A stretch of 64,000 bases of DNA from Alphaproteobacteria bacterium (GTDB lineage Bacteria > Pseudomonadota > Alphaproteobacteria > VGEJ01): assembly GCA_965226045.1 (NCBI GenBank), contig CBDDBU010000020.1, positions 17,039 through 81,038 on the forward strand. Direction: 5' to 3'. Shown here piece by piece: positions 42,337-52,484 of the stretch. The stretch's first letter is position 1; each line of letters begins with the position of its first letter. A program made the position numbers and the translations under genes. The notes under the pieces are model-generated. The model did not search any database. It had not been told where the DNA came from and saw nothing but the letters and a program-made list of their open reading frames with translations.

Positions 42337-42415
42337 CACGCTAAAGTGTCGCCTAAAAGCCGCTACAATGCCGTCCGAGTCCCTACTCGGCATCGCCGGA
42401 GATATCTCCGCTTCG
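42337..42415 (+). repeat. 79-bp copy of 860-938 (inverted)
   Basis: Exact match by direct comparison. Confidence 0.9.
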
Positions 42416-43369
42416 CCTGGACTCTGTTCCACACCATCAGCGCTGAAGCGTTGCTGGCCCCTAGCCAGGGCGAAAACGGGGGGCATGGTAGGTGGCTGCT
42501 GTCGCTGGATATCGGCGCGCTCGTGGTGGCTCTGGCCCTGAGCCAGGGCCTCCTGGTGATCGCGGTTTGGCGATCGCGCCGCCAGGAATTACGCCGTCGC
42601 GAGGCCGACGCGCTGGGCGAGCGACTGCGGCGCCAGATCGCCGAGTCGCAGTCGACGGAGGAATCGCTCCGCACCAGCTGTCGGGAGCTCGAAGACCGAA
42701 TGGCGAAAGGCATGTCGGACTTTGCCTGGGCCTCGCAGCGCCTGGTCGAGGTCCAAGACAACGAGGCGCGGCGAATCGCCCATGAACTCCACGGCGATGT
42801 GGGCCAGGCCCTCGCCGCTACACGGCTCGGGCTCCACGCCATCCAGCGGGGAAGCCCGCCGCCAGAGACGGTGACCAACTGCATCCGCTCGATCCAACAT
42901 GTCATCGACGTGGTGCGCGATGTCACGGTAAGTCTGCGGCCCCCGGTGCTCGACGATCTCGGGTTGGTTCCCCCTCTGCGCTGGCACATCGAGCGCCTCC
43001 GCCAATCATCGGACTTCGAGATTGACCTAAGGGCGCCAGAGCCCAAAGATCGCCTGCCCCGCGAGGTCGAGAACGCCGGCTTCAGGATCGTGCAGGAAGC
43101 GCTCAACAACATCTCCGAGCACGCGTGCGCGGCACGTCGTGGTCGAGCTCAGGCGGGGCGGACACGGCGCCACCCTCAGCATCCGCGACGATGGCGCGGG
43201 CTTCGATGTCGCGGCGGTGGCACTGGCGGCGAAGCAGCGCGGCAGCCTCGGCCTCATTGGAATGCAAGAACGGGCCCTCCATGCGGGCGGCGAAGTCGAG
43301 ATCGCAAGCCAGCCCGGCCGGACGGAAGTGCGCGCCCGCTTTCATTTCGACAACACGGCGCGGCCGTGA
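42416..43369 (+). pseudogene. NarX/UhpB-type (HisKA_3) sensor kinase, 5'-disrupted and frameshifted at ~43130
   Basis: IAHELHGDVGQ, LRPPVLDDLGL, QEALNN; IRDDGAGFD and GLIGMQER lie in another frame. Confidence 0.85.
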
Positions 43370-44013
43370 GCGCGATCCGCATCCTCCTAGCCGACGATCA
43401 CACCCTGGTGCGACAGGGTCTGCGTTCACTGCTGGAGGAAATCGACGACTTCGACGTGGTGGCGGAGGCGACCGACGGCCGCGAGGCGCTGACACGCGCC
43501 GAAGCCTGCTGCCCCGATGTCATCGTGATGGACATCAGCATGCGCGGGCTCAACGGCCTCGACGCGACCGAGCGGCTGACGCAGCAGGGCGAGAAGGCGC
43601 GCGTGCTGATCCTTTCGATGCATTCCAATGAGGAGTACGTGCTGCGCACGCTGCGCGCCGGCGCGGCCGGCTATCTGCTAAAAGACGCGATCGCCGAGGA
43701 GCTTGAACTGGCCGTCCGGGCCGTGGCCCGTGGCGATCTCTACCTTGGCCCGACCATCTCCAACGCCGTGGTCCAACGGTATCTGGCAAGCGCCGAGGAA
43801 ATCGCGACACCGCATGATGTGCTGACGGCACGGCAGCGCGAGGTTCTTCAGCTGCTCGCGGAGGGCAACAACACCAAGGACATCGCCCACGTCATGAAGG
43901 TGAGCACGAAAACCGTGGAGTCCCACCGGGCTCAACTGATGGACCAACTCGGCATCCGCGACGTGCCCGGCCTCGTCCGCTATGCGATTCGCACGGGGCT
44001 GGTATCGGCCTAA
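43366..44013 (+). CDS. NarL/FixJ-family response regulator
   Basis: LADDH, MDISM, GYLLK, LTARQREVL, KTVESHR. Confidence 0.93.
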   Translation: MSAIRILLADDHTLVRQGLRSLLEEIDDFDVVAEATDGREALTRAEACCPDVIVMDISMRGLNGLDATERLTQQGEKARVLILSMHSNEEYVLRTLRAGAAGYLLKDAIAEELELAVRAVARGDLYLGPTISNAVVQRYLASAEEIATPHDVLTARQREVLQLLAEGNNTKDIAHVMKVSTKTVESHRAQLMDQLGIRDVPGLVRYAIRTGLVSA

Positions 44014-44190
44014 TCGCGCGCGCCGCTGACGTCGTAGTCCGCTTCAGACCCCCCGTTCGCGTGGCTCCGGCATCAATGCCTCGCGCGTGTTCCAGCCGCG
44101 TAGACGCCAGGGAAGAGAGCGGCACGCGCCGGTGGCTTGGTCCGCCGAGACTGCGTATAACGACCGCCAGCGCGGACGGCGCGAGGAATC

Positions 44191-45582
44191 ATGCTTGAGC
44201 GTTTCCAACTCGGCGATCCAGCATCGCCAGCGGTTCCGATCTGGCCGATCCGGAGCGCCGACTATGACACCTGGCGCGCCAGCCAGCCGCCAACTTGGCA
44301 GTCCTGGCTCGCCGCCCATGACTACCGGCCCGAGGCGGGACGTTACCTGGTGGTGCCTGACGCCGAGGGTGGCGCGGCCGGCATCGCTCTGGGCTTGGGC
44401 GAGCGGCCGGATCTGTGGTGCTACGGCGCGCTGGCGGCCGGTTTGCCTCGGGAGCACTATCGCATTGTCGGCGAACTGTCGCCCACGGACGCGACCGCCG
44501 CCGCCCTCGGCTGGGGTCTTGGGGCCTACCGTTTCACCCGCTACCGCGCGGCGACCCGGGAGCTCGCGACGCTCGCGGCCCCCGAAGGCGCGGACCTCGC
44601 CCATGTCGAGGCCATGTTGGCGGCCACCTATCTCGTACGCGACCTTATCAACGTGCCGGCCGAGGACATGGGGCCCGCCGACCTGGCTGCCGCCGCGCGC
44701 GCTGTCGCCGCTGAGTTCGCGGCTGCGGTGACGGTGATCGAGGGCGAAGCGCTGATCGAGCAGGGCTATTGCCTGATCCACGCCGTGGGACGCGCCAGTC
44801 CTCGCCCGCCATGCTTGATCGACCTGCGGTGGGGCGCAGCGGACGCACCCAAGGTGACGCTGGTGGGTAAGGGCGTCTGCTTCGATTCCGGCGGTCTCGA
44901 CCTGAAGACGGCAGCCGGCATGCGGCTGATGAAAAAGGACATGGGCGGGGCGGCGACGGTGCTCGGGCTGGCGCGAATGGTGATGGCCGCCAACCTGCCG
45001 GTGCGGCTTCGGGTCCTGCTCCCGGCCGTGGACAACGCGGTCTCGGGCGCCGCGTTTCGGCCCGGCGATATCCTGCGCACCCGCAAAGGCATCAGCGTCG
45101 AGATCGGCAACACCGATGCCGAGGGCCGCTTGGTGCTGGCCGACGCCCTTGCGGAGGCGGACACCGAGCGGCCGCACCTGCTGATCGACTGCGCGACCTT
45201 GACGGGATCGGCGCGCATCGCGCTCGGCACCGAGCTGCCGGCCCTGTTCACCGACGATGAGGGCCTGGCCACCGACCTCGCCCGATGCGCGCGCGCGGAG
45301 GCCGACCCGTTGTGGCGCCTGCCCCTGTGGCGGCCTTATCGCGCCTTGCTCGATAGCCCCATCGCCGACATCGACAACGTCGGCAGTGGCCGGTACGGGG
45401 GCGCCATTACAGCCGCTCTTTTCCTCCAGGACTTCGTGACCGATACGCCGGCTTGGGCGCACCTTGATCTGTACGCCTGGAACGACAAGGCACAACGCGG
45501 CCGGCCAATCGGCGGCGAGGCGATGGGCCTACGAGCGCTCTACGCGCTGCTGGCGGAGCGCTACGCCGCATCGCTCATTTAA
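44191..45582 (+). CDS. M17 leucyl aminopeptidase family protein
   Basis: VGKGVCFDSGG, MKKDMGG, NTDAEGRL. Confidence 0.95.
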   Translation: MLERFQLGDPASPAVPIWPIRSADYDTWRASQPPTWQSWLAAHDYRPEAGRYLVVPDAEGGAAGIALGLGERPDLWCYGALAAGLPREHYRIVGELSPTDATAAALGWGLGAYRFTRYRAATRELATLAAPEGADLAHVEAMLAATYLVRDLINVPAEDMGPADLAAAARAVAAEFAAAVTVIEGEALIEQGYCLIHAVGRASPRPPCLIDLRWGAADAPKVTLVGKGVCFDSGGLDLKTAAGMRLMKKDMGGAATVLGLARMVMAANLPVRLRVLLPAVDNAVSGAAFRPGDILRTRKGISVEIGNTDAEGRLVLADALAEADTERPHLLIDCATLTGSARIALGTELPALFTDDEGLATDLARCARAEADPLWRLPLWRPYRALLDSPIADIDNVGSGRYGGAITAALFLQDFVTDTPAWAHLDLYAWNDKAQRGRPIGGEAMGLRALYALLAERYAASLI

Positions 45583-45611
45583 GGCGCTGAGCCGGCCACG
45601 ACCCGGGGGGC

Positions 45612-46541
45612 TCAATATTCCTGCGCTGGATCGACCTGATTGATGAGCGGCTGACCGGCACCGGCGCGGCGGATGTTTTCGGCCACCTGCGGTGCGATCG
45701 AGCTGGCCACCGTGAGGCCGGCGATGTGTGGCGTGATGGTGACCTTGGGGTGAGCCCAGAACGGATGATCGACCGCCAGCGGCTCGCGGTGGAACACGTC
45801 GAGCATGGCGCCCGCGATATGGCCGGAGTCGAGCGCCGCGAGTAGGTCCTGGTCGACCACGTGGCCGCCGCGCGCGAGGTTGATGACATACGCGCCGCGC
45901 GGCAGAGCGGCCAACGTCGCCGCGCCAATGATGCCTGCGGTGTCATCGGTCATCGGCAGGAAGCAAGCGAGGAAGCGGCACCCACCCAGCATCGCGGTCA
46001 GCCCCTCGGGCCCATGGAAGCACTCGACCCCTTCGACCTCGCGCGGGGTGCGGGTCCAGCCGCGAACCGGAAAGCCCAATACCGTCAGTTTGCGCGCCGC
46101 ATCGCCGCCGATAACGCCGAGCCCGAGAATACCGACCGGCGCGCGTTCGGTGTCTGGCGGTGGGTGCTTTTTCCACTCGCCCGCCCGCTGGGAGGCCTCA
46201 TAGAGCGGCAACATGCGGTGATGGCGTAGAACGCCGAGAATCGCGTACTCGCTCATCTGGGCAGTGAGCGAACGATCGACCAGCCGCACGATCGGCACGC
46301 CGGGCGGCAAGTCGGTATCGAGGAATATGTGATCGACGCCGGCACCCAGTGAAATGATCGCCTTGAGGTTGGGAAATTGGCGCAGCAGGCCGGGCTCGGG
46401 CTTCCACACCAGCGCGAACTCGACCTCCACAGGGTCGCCGGCGTCCGGCCACACCCGAAACTCGAGCTCCGGTAACTCCGAACTGAGCGCCGCGCGGTGA
46501 TCGGCCGGATCGTCGTCCTTGGAAATGAACAAAACGGCCAT
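45612..46541 (-). CDS. ghrA: glyoxylate/hydroxypyruvate reductase A
   Basis: GAGVDH, QMSEY, GLGVIG, NLARG, TPHIA. Confidence 0.85.
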   Translation of the reverse strand: MAVLFISKDDDPADHRAALSSELPELEFRVWPDAGDPVEVEFALVWKPEPGLLRQFPNLKAIISLGAGVDHIFLDTDLPPGVPIVRLVDRSLTAQMSEYAILGVLRHHRMLPLYEASQRAGEWKKHPPPDTERAPVGILGLGVIGGDAARKLTVLGFPVRGWTRTPREVEGVECFHGPEGLTAMLGGCRFLACFLPMTDDTAGIIGAATLAALPRGAYVINLARGGHVVDQDLLAALDSGHIAGAMLDVFHREPLAVDHPFWAHPKVTITPHIAGLTVASSIAPQVAENIRRAGAGQPLINQVDPAQEY

Positions 46542-46544
46542 GGC

Positions 46545-48176
46545 TTAAGTCCTCACGGCGCTGGTCTCGACCGCCTCGAGATCGAAGGCCGCGGCGATCA
46601 GCGCCCGGGTGTAGTCGGCGCGCGGGTGCTCGAAAATCTGCTCGGCCGAGCCCTCCTCGACCACCTTGCCATCGCGGACGACGATAACATGATCGCTCAT
46701 GGTGCGGACCACCTTCAGATCGTGGCTGATGAAGAGGTAGGCCAGGCGGTGACGGCGCTGTAGATCGCGCAACAGATCGACGATCTGCGCTTGGACCGAC
46801 ATATCGAGTGCCGAGGTCGGTTCGTCCAGCACCACGAAGCGGGGCTTAAGAACCATGGCCCGAGCGATCGCGATGCGCTGGCGTTGACCGCCCGAGAATT
46901 CGTGTGGGTAGCGATCCTGCGAGTCGGGGTCGATGCCGACTTCGACAAGCGCGGCGCTGATCATCGCCCGCCGCTCGACGTAAGAGCCGCCGAGCCGATG
47001 GACCAGCAAGCCCTCCTCGACGATCTGGCCGACCGATAGCCGCGGGCTCAGCGATGAGAACGGATCCTGGAAAACCACCTGCATCTCGCGCCGCAGCGGC
47101 CGCAGGGCCGAGAAGCCGAGACCCTGGATATCGCGCTCACCGAAGCGGATCGGCCCATCGCTCTTGATCAACCGCAGCAACGCCAGCCCGAGCGTCGTCT
47201 TGCCCGACCCAGATTCCCCGACCACGCCGAGTGTATGCGATTCGCGCACCTCGATCGTGATGTCGTCGACCGCCCGAATGTGATCGACGGTGCGGCGCAA
47301 CAGGCCCTTCTGGATCGGAAAGTAGACCTTGATGTGCTCGCCGGTCATGACCAGGGGCGCGTTCGGATCGCCCGCCACCGCATGCCCCTTGGGCTCGGCT
47401 TCGAGCAGATGGCGGGTGTAGGTGTGGCGCGGCCGCTCGAAGACGTCGCGAGCCTCACCCTGCTCGACGATCTCGCCCGCCTGCATGACACAGACCCGGT
47501 CGGCCATTTTTCGGACGATGCCAAGATCGTGAGTGATCAGCAGCATCGCCATGCCGAGCCGGGCCTGTAGCTCCTTCAGCAGCCTTAGGATTTGCGCTTG
47601 GATCGTGACGTCGAGGGCGGTGGTCGGCTCGTCGGCGATCAGCAGCTTGGGCTCGTTGGCCAGCGCCATGGCGATCATCACCCGCTGGCGCTGGCCGCCC
47701 GAGAGCTGGTGGGGCCAGGCGTTGAGGCGCGATTCCGCCTCTTGCAGGCCGACCAGTTTGAACAGCTCGAGGGTTCGCGCACGCGCCGCCGCCCGGCCCA
47801 GTCCCTTGTGGACGAACAACACCTCGTTGACCTGCCGCTCGATCGTGTGCAGCGGGTTGAGCGAGGTCATCGGCTCCTGGAAGATCATCGATATCCGGTT
47901 GCCACGAATCCGGCGCAGCGTCCGTTCGTTGGCGCCCACGGCCTGCTCGCCCCCGACCTCTATAGAGCCGCTAGGGTGAAAGGCCTTCGGGTAGGGCAAG
48001 AGCTGCAGCACCGAGAGAGCGGTCACCGACTTGCCCGAGCCGCTTTCGCCCACCAGCGCGACCGTCTCGCCGGTATCGAGATCGAACGAGACGTGGCGCA
48101 CCGCCTCGATGCCCTGGTCCTCGACCTGGAACGTGACCGACAGATCCTCGACCCGCAGGAACGGCGTCGCGCTCAT
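46545..48176 (-). CDS. yejF: peptide ABC transporter double ATPase
   Basis: Two GESGSGK Walker A motifs and two SGGQRQR signatures; operon context. Confidence 0.9.
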   Translation of the reverse strand: MSATPFLRVEDLSVTFQVEDQGIEAVRHVSFDLDTGETVALVGESGSGKSVTALSVLQLLPYPKAFHPSGSIEVGGEQAVGANERTLRRIRGNRISMIFQEPMTSLNPLHTIERQVNEVLFVHKGLGRAAARARTLELFKLVGLQEAESRLNAWPHQLSGGQRQRVMIAMALANEPKLLIADEPTTALDVTIQAQILRLLKELQARLGMAMLLITHDLGIVRKMADRVCVMQAGEIVEQGEARDVFERPRHTYTRHLLEAEPKGHAVAGDPNAPLVMTGEHIKVYFPIQKGLLRRTVDHIRAVDDITIEVRESHTLGVVGESGSGKTTLGLALLRLIKSDGPIRFGERDIQGLGFSALRPLRREMQVVFQDPFSSLSPRLSVGQIVEEGLLVHRLGGSYVERRAMISAALVEVGIDPDSQDRYPHEFSGGQRQRIAIARAMVLKPRFVVLDEPTSALDMSVQAQIVDLLRDLQRRHRLAYLFISHDLKVVRTMSDHVIVVRDGKVVEEGSAEQIFEHPRADYTRALIAAAFDLEAVETSAVRT

Positions 48177-49252
48177 TGCAGCGTCTTGCGCGGATCAAAG
48201 GCATCGCGCACCGCCTCGCCGATGAAGATCAGCAAGCTCAGCATGACCGCGAGCACGATAAAGCCGGAAAAGCCCAGCCACGGCGCCTGCAGATTGGCTT
48301 TGCCTTGGGCGAGCAGTTCACCGAGCGAGGGCGACCCCAGCGGCAACCCGAAGCCGAGGAAATCGAGCGCCGTCAGCGTCGTCACCGAGCCGTTCAGAAT
48401 GAACGGGAGAAACGTCAGCGTCGCTACCATCGCGTTCGGCAATAGGTGCTTAAACATGATGGCGACGTTGCCAACCCCGAGCGCCCGCGCGGCGCGCACG
48501 TAGTCGAAGTTGCGCGCGCGCAGGAACTCGGCCCGCACCACGCCGACCAAGGCCATCCAGCTGAACAGCAACAAGAAGCCCAGCAGCCACCAAAAAGTCG
48601 GCTCGATGATGCTGGCAAGGATAATCAGGAGGAACAAGGTCGGCAGGCCCGACCAAACCTCGATGAAGCGCTGGAGCAGGAGATCGGTCCAACCGCCGAG
48701 ATAGCCTTGGACGGCGCCGGCGACAACGCCGACCACGGAGCTGACGACGGTCAGCGCCAGGCCGAACAGCACCGAGATACGAAACCCGTACAACAGCCGC
48801 GCCACGACGTCCCGGGCCTGATCGTCAGTGCCAAGCCAGTTCTCGGCCGAGGGCGGCGCTGGCGCCGGCACCGGCAAGTCATAGTTGATGGTCTGGTAGC
48901 TGTAGGGAACCAGAGGCCAGACCATCCAGCCCTTGGCGTTGATCAGCTCCTCGACGAACGGGTCACGGTATTCGGCCTCGGTCTCGAACTCGCCGCCGAA
49001 CCTTGTCTCGGGATAGACCGTGAACACCGGCAGAAAGACCTCGCCCTCAAAGTAGACCAGCAGCGGCTTGTCGTTGGCGACGAACTCCGCGAACAGGCTG
49101 ACGAAGAACAGTACGAGGAATATCCAGAGCGACCAGTAGCCGCGCTTGTTGGCCCGGAAGTTGTCGAACCGGCGCCAGTTGAGCGGCGAAACGCGAATGC
49201 CGAGCCAGCCCCGCCGCGGCGGAGCCTTGATGATGAGAGCCGCCTCAGACAC
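48173..49252 (-). CDS. yejE: peptide ABC transporter permease
   Basis: [33 protein letters not shown]. Confidence 0.9.
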   Translation of the reverse strand: MSEAALIIKAPPRRGWLGIRVSPLNWRRFDNFRANKRGYWSLWIFLVLFFVSLFAEFVANDKPLLVYFEGEVFLPVFTVYPETRFGGEFETEAEYRDPFVEELINAKGWMVWPLVPYSYQTINYDLPVPAPAPPSAENWLGTDDQARDVVARLLYGFRISVLFGLALTVVSSVVGVVAGAVQGYLGGWTDLLLQRFIEVWSGLPTLFLLIILASIIEPTFWWLLGFLLLFSWMALVGVVRAEFLRARNFDYVRAARALGVGNVAIMFKHLLPNAMVATLTFLPFILNGSVTTLTALDFLGFGLPLGSPSLGELLAQGKANLQAPWLGFSGFIVLAVMLSLLIFIGEAVRDAFDPRKTLQ

Positions 49253-50357
49253 CGCGCCGCTCGAAATCGATGCGCGGATCGATCAAGACGTAGGTGAGGT
49301 CGCCGATCAGGTTTAGCACGAGCCCGAGCAGCGTGAAGAAGTAGAGGGTGCCGAGCATCACCGGATAGTCGCGGTTCAGCACCGCCTCGAAACCCAACAG
49401 CCCCAGGCCGTTGATCGAAAAGATCACCTCGATCAGCAGGGCACCGGTGAACAGGATGCCGACGAAGGCGCTGGGGAACCCGGCCACCACGATCAGCATC
49501 GCGTTGCGAAACACGTGCCCATACAGCACCCGGCGCTCGGTCAGGCCCTTAGCCCGCGCGGTGATGACGTATTGTTTGTTGATCTCGTCGAGGAACGAGT
49601 TCTTGGTCAGCATGGTGAGGGTGGCGAAACCGCTGATCACCAAGGCCGTGATCGGCAGGACGATGTGCCAGAGATAGTCGAGGATGTACTCGCCGAGCGG
49701 CATCGCATCGGCGTTTTCTGAGTGTAGACCGCGCAACGGAAACCAATCGAAGTAGCTGCCGCCAGCGAACAGCACGATCAACAGGATGGCGAATAAGAAG
49801 CCGGGAATCGCATAGCCGACGATGATCGCGGCGCTGGTCCAGATATCGAAGCTTGAGCCATCGCGCACCGCCTTGGCGATGCCGAGGGGAATCGAGATGA
49901 AATAAACCAGGAGCGTGGTCCACAGACCGAGCGAGATCGACACCGGCAACTTGTCGATCACCAGATCGACGACCGCGCGGTCGCGGAAATAGCTGTCGCC
50001 GAAGTCGAACTGAATGTATTGCGTCATCATCTGCAAGAAACGTTCGTGCGCCGGCTTGTCGAAGCCGTAGAGGCGCTCGATTTCCTTGACGAACTCCGGA
50101 TCGAGTCCCTGGGAGCCTCGATATTTGCTCGTGATATCGCCCTGCCCGCCCGATGGGCGCGCCCCCCCCGCCGCCGTCTCGCCTCCGCTGCCGCCTCCGA
50201 AGCGCGCCGTCGCGTCGACCGCCGTTCCTTGAATCTGCGCGATCAGCTGCTCGACCGGGCCGCCGGGGGCGATCTGAACCACGGCGAAGTTAATCACCAT
50301 GATGCCGAACAGCGTCGGGATGATTAGCAGCAGCCGGCGGATGATGTAGGCAATCAT
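49245..50357 (-). CDS. yejB: peptide ABC transporter permease
   Basis: [25 protein letters not shown]. Confidence 0.92.
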   Translation of the reverse strand: MIAYIIRRLLLIIPTLFGIMVINFAVVQIAPGGPVEQLIAQIQGTAVDATARFGGGSGGETAAGGARPSGGQGDITSKYRGSQGLDPEFVKEIERLYGFDKPAHERFLQMMTQYIQFDFGDSYFRDRAVVDLVIDKLPVSISLGLWTTLLVYFISIPLGIAKAVRDGSSFDIWTSAAIIVGYAIPGFLFAILLIVLFAGGSYFDWFPLRGLHSENADAMPLGEYILDYLWHIVLPITALVISGFATLTMLTKNSFLDEINKQYVITARAKGLTERRVLYGHVFRNAMLIVVAGFPSAFVGILFTGALLIEVIFSINGLGLLGFEAVLNRDYPVMLGTLYFFTLLGLVLNLIGDLTYVLIDPRIDFERRGV

Positions 50358-50388
50358 GCGGGTTGGGCCGGCGGGATCATGGGATCGC

Positions 50389-52254
50389 CTATTTCAGCGC
50401 GGCCGCCAACGCCGCTTCTTTGTCCACGTCGATCCACCAGGTATCGAGGAACCCGAGGTCGTACTCCGGTTTGGCCGCCGGGCGTCCGAACTTGTCCCAA
50501 TATGCGATGAAGTGCGTGGCCTTGAACCATTGCGGCACGGTGTAGTGGTTCCACATCAGCACCCGGTCGAGCGCGCCGACCACGGCTTTCAGCTCGGTCC
50601 GACTGCTCGCGGCGCCGAACCGTTCGATTAGCGCATCGACGACCGGGTTCTTGACCCCGGCATAGTTCAGGCCACCGGGGCTGTCGGCGGCGGCGGCGCT
50701 CCAAAAGTTGCGCTGCTCCACGCCGGGCGTGCGCGGCAGGTTGAACCGCGCGGTGACGATATCGAAGTCGTAGGTCTGCACCCGATTTGTGTATTGCGCC
50801 GAATCCACGAGCCGAATCCGCGCGGCGATGCCGAGGCGCTCGAGGTTGCGCACGAACGGCGCGATGATGCGCTCGAACGAGGGCGAATCGGTGAGAAATT
50901 CGATCTCCATCTGCGCACCGTCGTCGCTCAAGAGCCGCCCGTCGACGACGCGCCAACCGGCCGCTTCCAACAGCTGGCGCGCGGCCAACAGGTGGCGTCG
51001 GATATTGCCGCTGCCGTCGGTGACCGGCGGCTGATAGGTCGTCGTGAGCACCTCGGCCGGGATCTGGTCGCGGTAGTCGTCGAGCAGCGCAAGCTCGGCC
51101 TCAGAGGGCAGCCCGCGGGCGCGCAGGTCTGAGTTCTCGAACATGCTGGTGGTGCGCTGATAGAGGCCGTGGAACAAGTTCTTGTTGGTCCACTCGAAGT
51201 CGAAGGCGTAGGCCAGTGCCTCGCGACCCCGCCGGTCGCTGAACTTGTCGCGCCGGGTGTTGAGGTAGAAGGCTTGGGTGCCGGATGGCGACGCATCAGG
51301 CAGCGTCTCGCTCTTCACCACGCCGTCGTGGACGCCGGGAAAGTCGTAGCCCGTCGCCCAGGTCTTCGAGGTGAACTCCTCGTGGAAGTCAAAACCGCCT
51401 GACTTGAAGGCCTCGAACGCGACCGTGCGATCACGGTAGAAGTCGAAGCGCACGCGATCGAAATTGTAGCGGCCGCGATTGACCGGCAGATCGGCGCCCC
51501 AATAGTCCTCGACCCGTTCATAGACCAGGCTGCGTCCCTGATCGACCTGGCCGACCCGATAGGGGCCGCTTCCGAGCGGCGGCGTCAAGGTCGTGCGGTC
51601 GAACTCATTGGCGGTGAAATAGGCCTCGGACAGGATCGGCATGCTCGCCGCCAGCAGCGGCAGGTCACGGGTCGCCCCTGGCGCGAACTCGAACCGTACG
51701 ATGTCGGCGGCCTCCGCCTCCGCCGTCACGATGTCGCGATAGCTCAGGCGGAAGAACGGGCGCCCTTGTTCCTTCAGAATGTGGAACGAGAACACCACAT
51801 CGGCCGCAGTGATCGGACTGCCGTCGTGCCAGCGCGCCTCCGGCCTGAGCGCGAACCGCGCCCACGAGCGGTCGGGCGCCACCTCCACGCTCGTCGCGAC
51901 CAGACCGTACAGCGAGTCGGGCTCGTCCTGGGCCGCCGCCATCAGCGATTCGAACGGCAGGAGCATGGCGGTCGCGCCGACGCCGCGCAGCTGGATACCC
52001 TTGATGATGAACGGATTGAGGTTGTCGAACGAGCCGTAGTCGGCAAGCCGCACCTCACCGCCTTTCGGCGCGCCGGGGTCCGAGTACTGAAAGTGCGTGA
52101 AGTCAGGGCCGTATTTGAGATCGCCGAAGATCGAGAGCCCATGGCCCGGCTCGGCCCCATCCGGCTCGGCCACGGCGTTCGGCGTCAAGATAACCGCCGC
52201 CGCGACGACAGCCCAGACCACTGCCCGCGCCGGCGATCGAAGCGCGGCTCTCAT
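50389..52254 (-). CDS. yejA: peptide ABC transporter substrate-binding protein (YejA-like, copy 2)
   Basis: [27 protein letters not shown]. Confidence 0.85.
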   Translation of the reverse strand: MRAALRSPARAVVWAVVAAAVILTPNAVAEPDGAEPGHGLSIFGDLKYGPDFTHFQYSDPGAPKGGEVRLADYGSFDNLNPFIIKGIQLRGVGATAMLLPFESLMAAAQDEPDSLYGLVATSVEVAPDRSWARFALRPEARWHDGSPITAADVVFSFHILKEQGRPFFRLSYRDIVTAEAEAADIVRFEFAPGATRDLPLLAASMPILSEAYFTANEFDRTTLTPPLGSGPYRVGQVDQGRSLVYERVEDYWGADLPVNRGRYNFDRVRFDFYRDRTVAFEAFKSGGFDFHEEFTSKTWATGYDFPGVHDGVVKSETLPDASPSGTQAFYLNTRRDKFSDRRGREALAYAFDFEWTNKNLFHGLYQRTTSMFENSDLRARGLPSEAELALLDDYRDQIPAEVLTTTYQPPVTDGSGNIRRHLLAARQLLEAAGWRVVDGRLLSDDGAQMEIEFLTDSPSFERIIAPFVRNLERLGIAARIRLVDSAQYTNRVQTYDFDIVTARFNLPRTPGVEQRNFWSAAAADSPGGLNYAGVKNPVVDALIERFGAASSRTELKAVVGALDRVLMWNHYTVPQWFKATHFIAYWDKFGRPAAKPEYDLGFLDTWWIDVDKEAALAAALK

Positions 52255-52289
52255 CCAAGAGCTCCACGCGTACGGCGCCGATCACTCCA

Positions 52290-52442
52290 ACCCTCCGCCA
52301 TCCAGGAGGAGGGGGTAGGGCACCGCTTCTCTCCCATTCGATGGGGGAGGCTCAGGGAACGCGGCGCACCGCCACCGTTCGCCGGCGGCCCGCCGAAAAC
52401 ACCCCCTCCCCCCCTGTGGGGGAGGATCGGGGTGGGGGGTGA
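52290..52442. repeat. cluster of REP-like G/C-run palindromes
   Basis: CCCTCC..GGAGGG, CTCCC..GGGAG and CCCCTCCCCC..GGGGGAGG..GGGGTGGGGG between the two yejA genes. Confidence 0.55.
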
Positions 52443-52484
52443 AAGCAATGCCGTGGGGGGCGTTGCGCACATGGACGACAGCGC

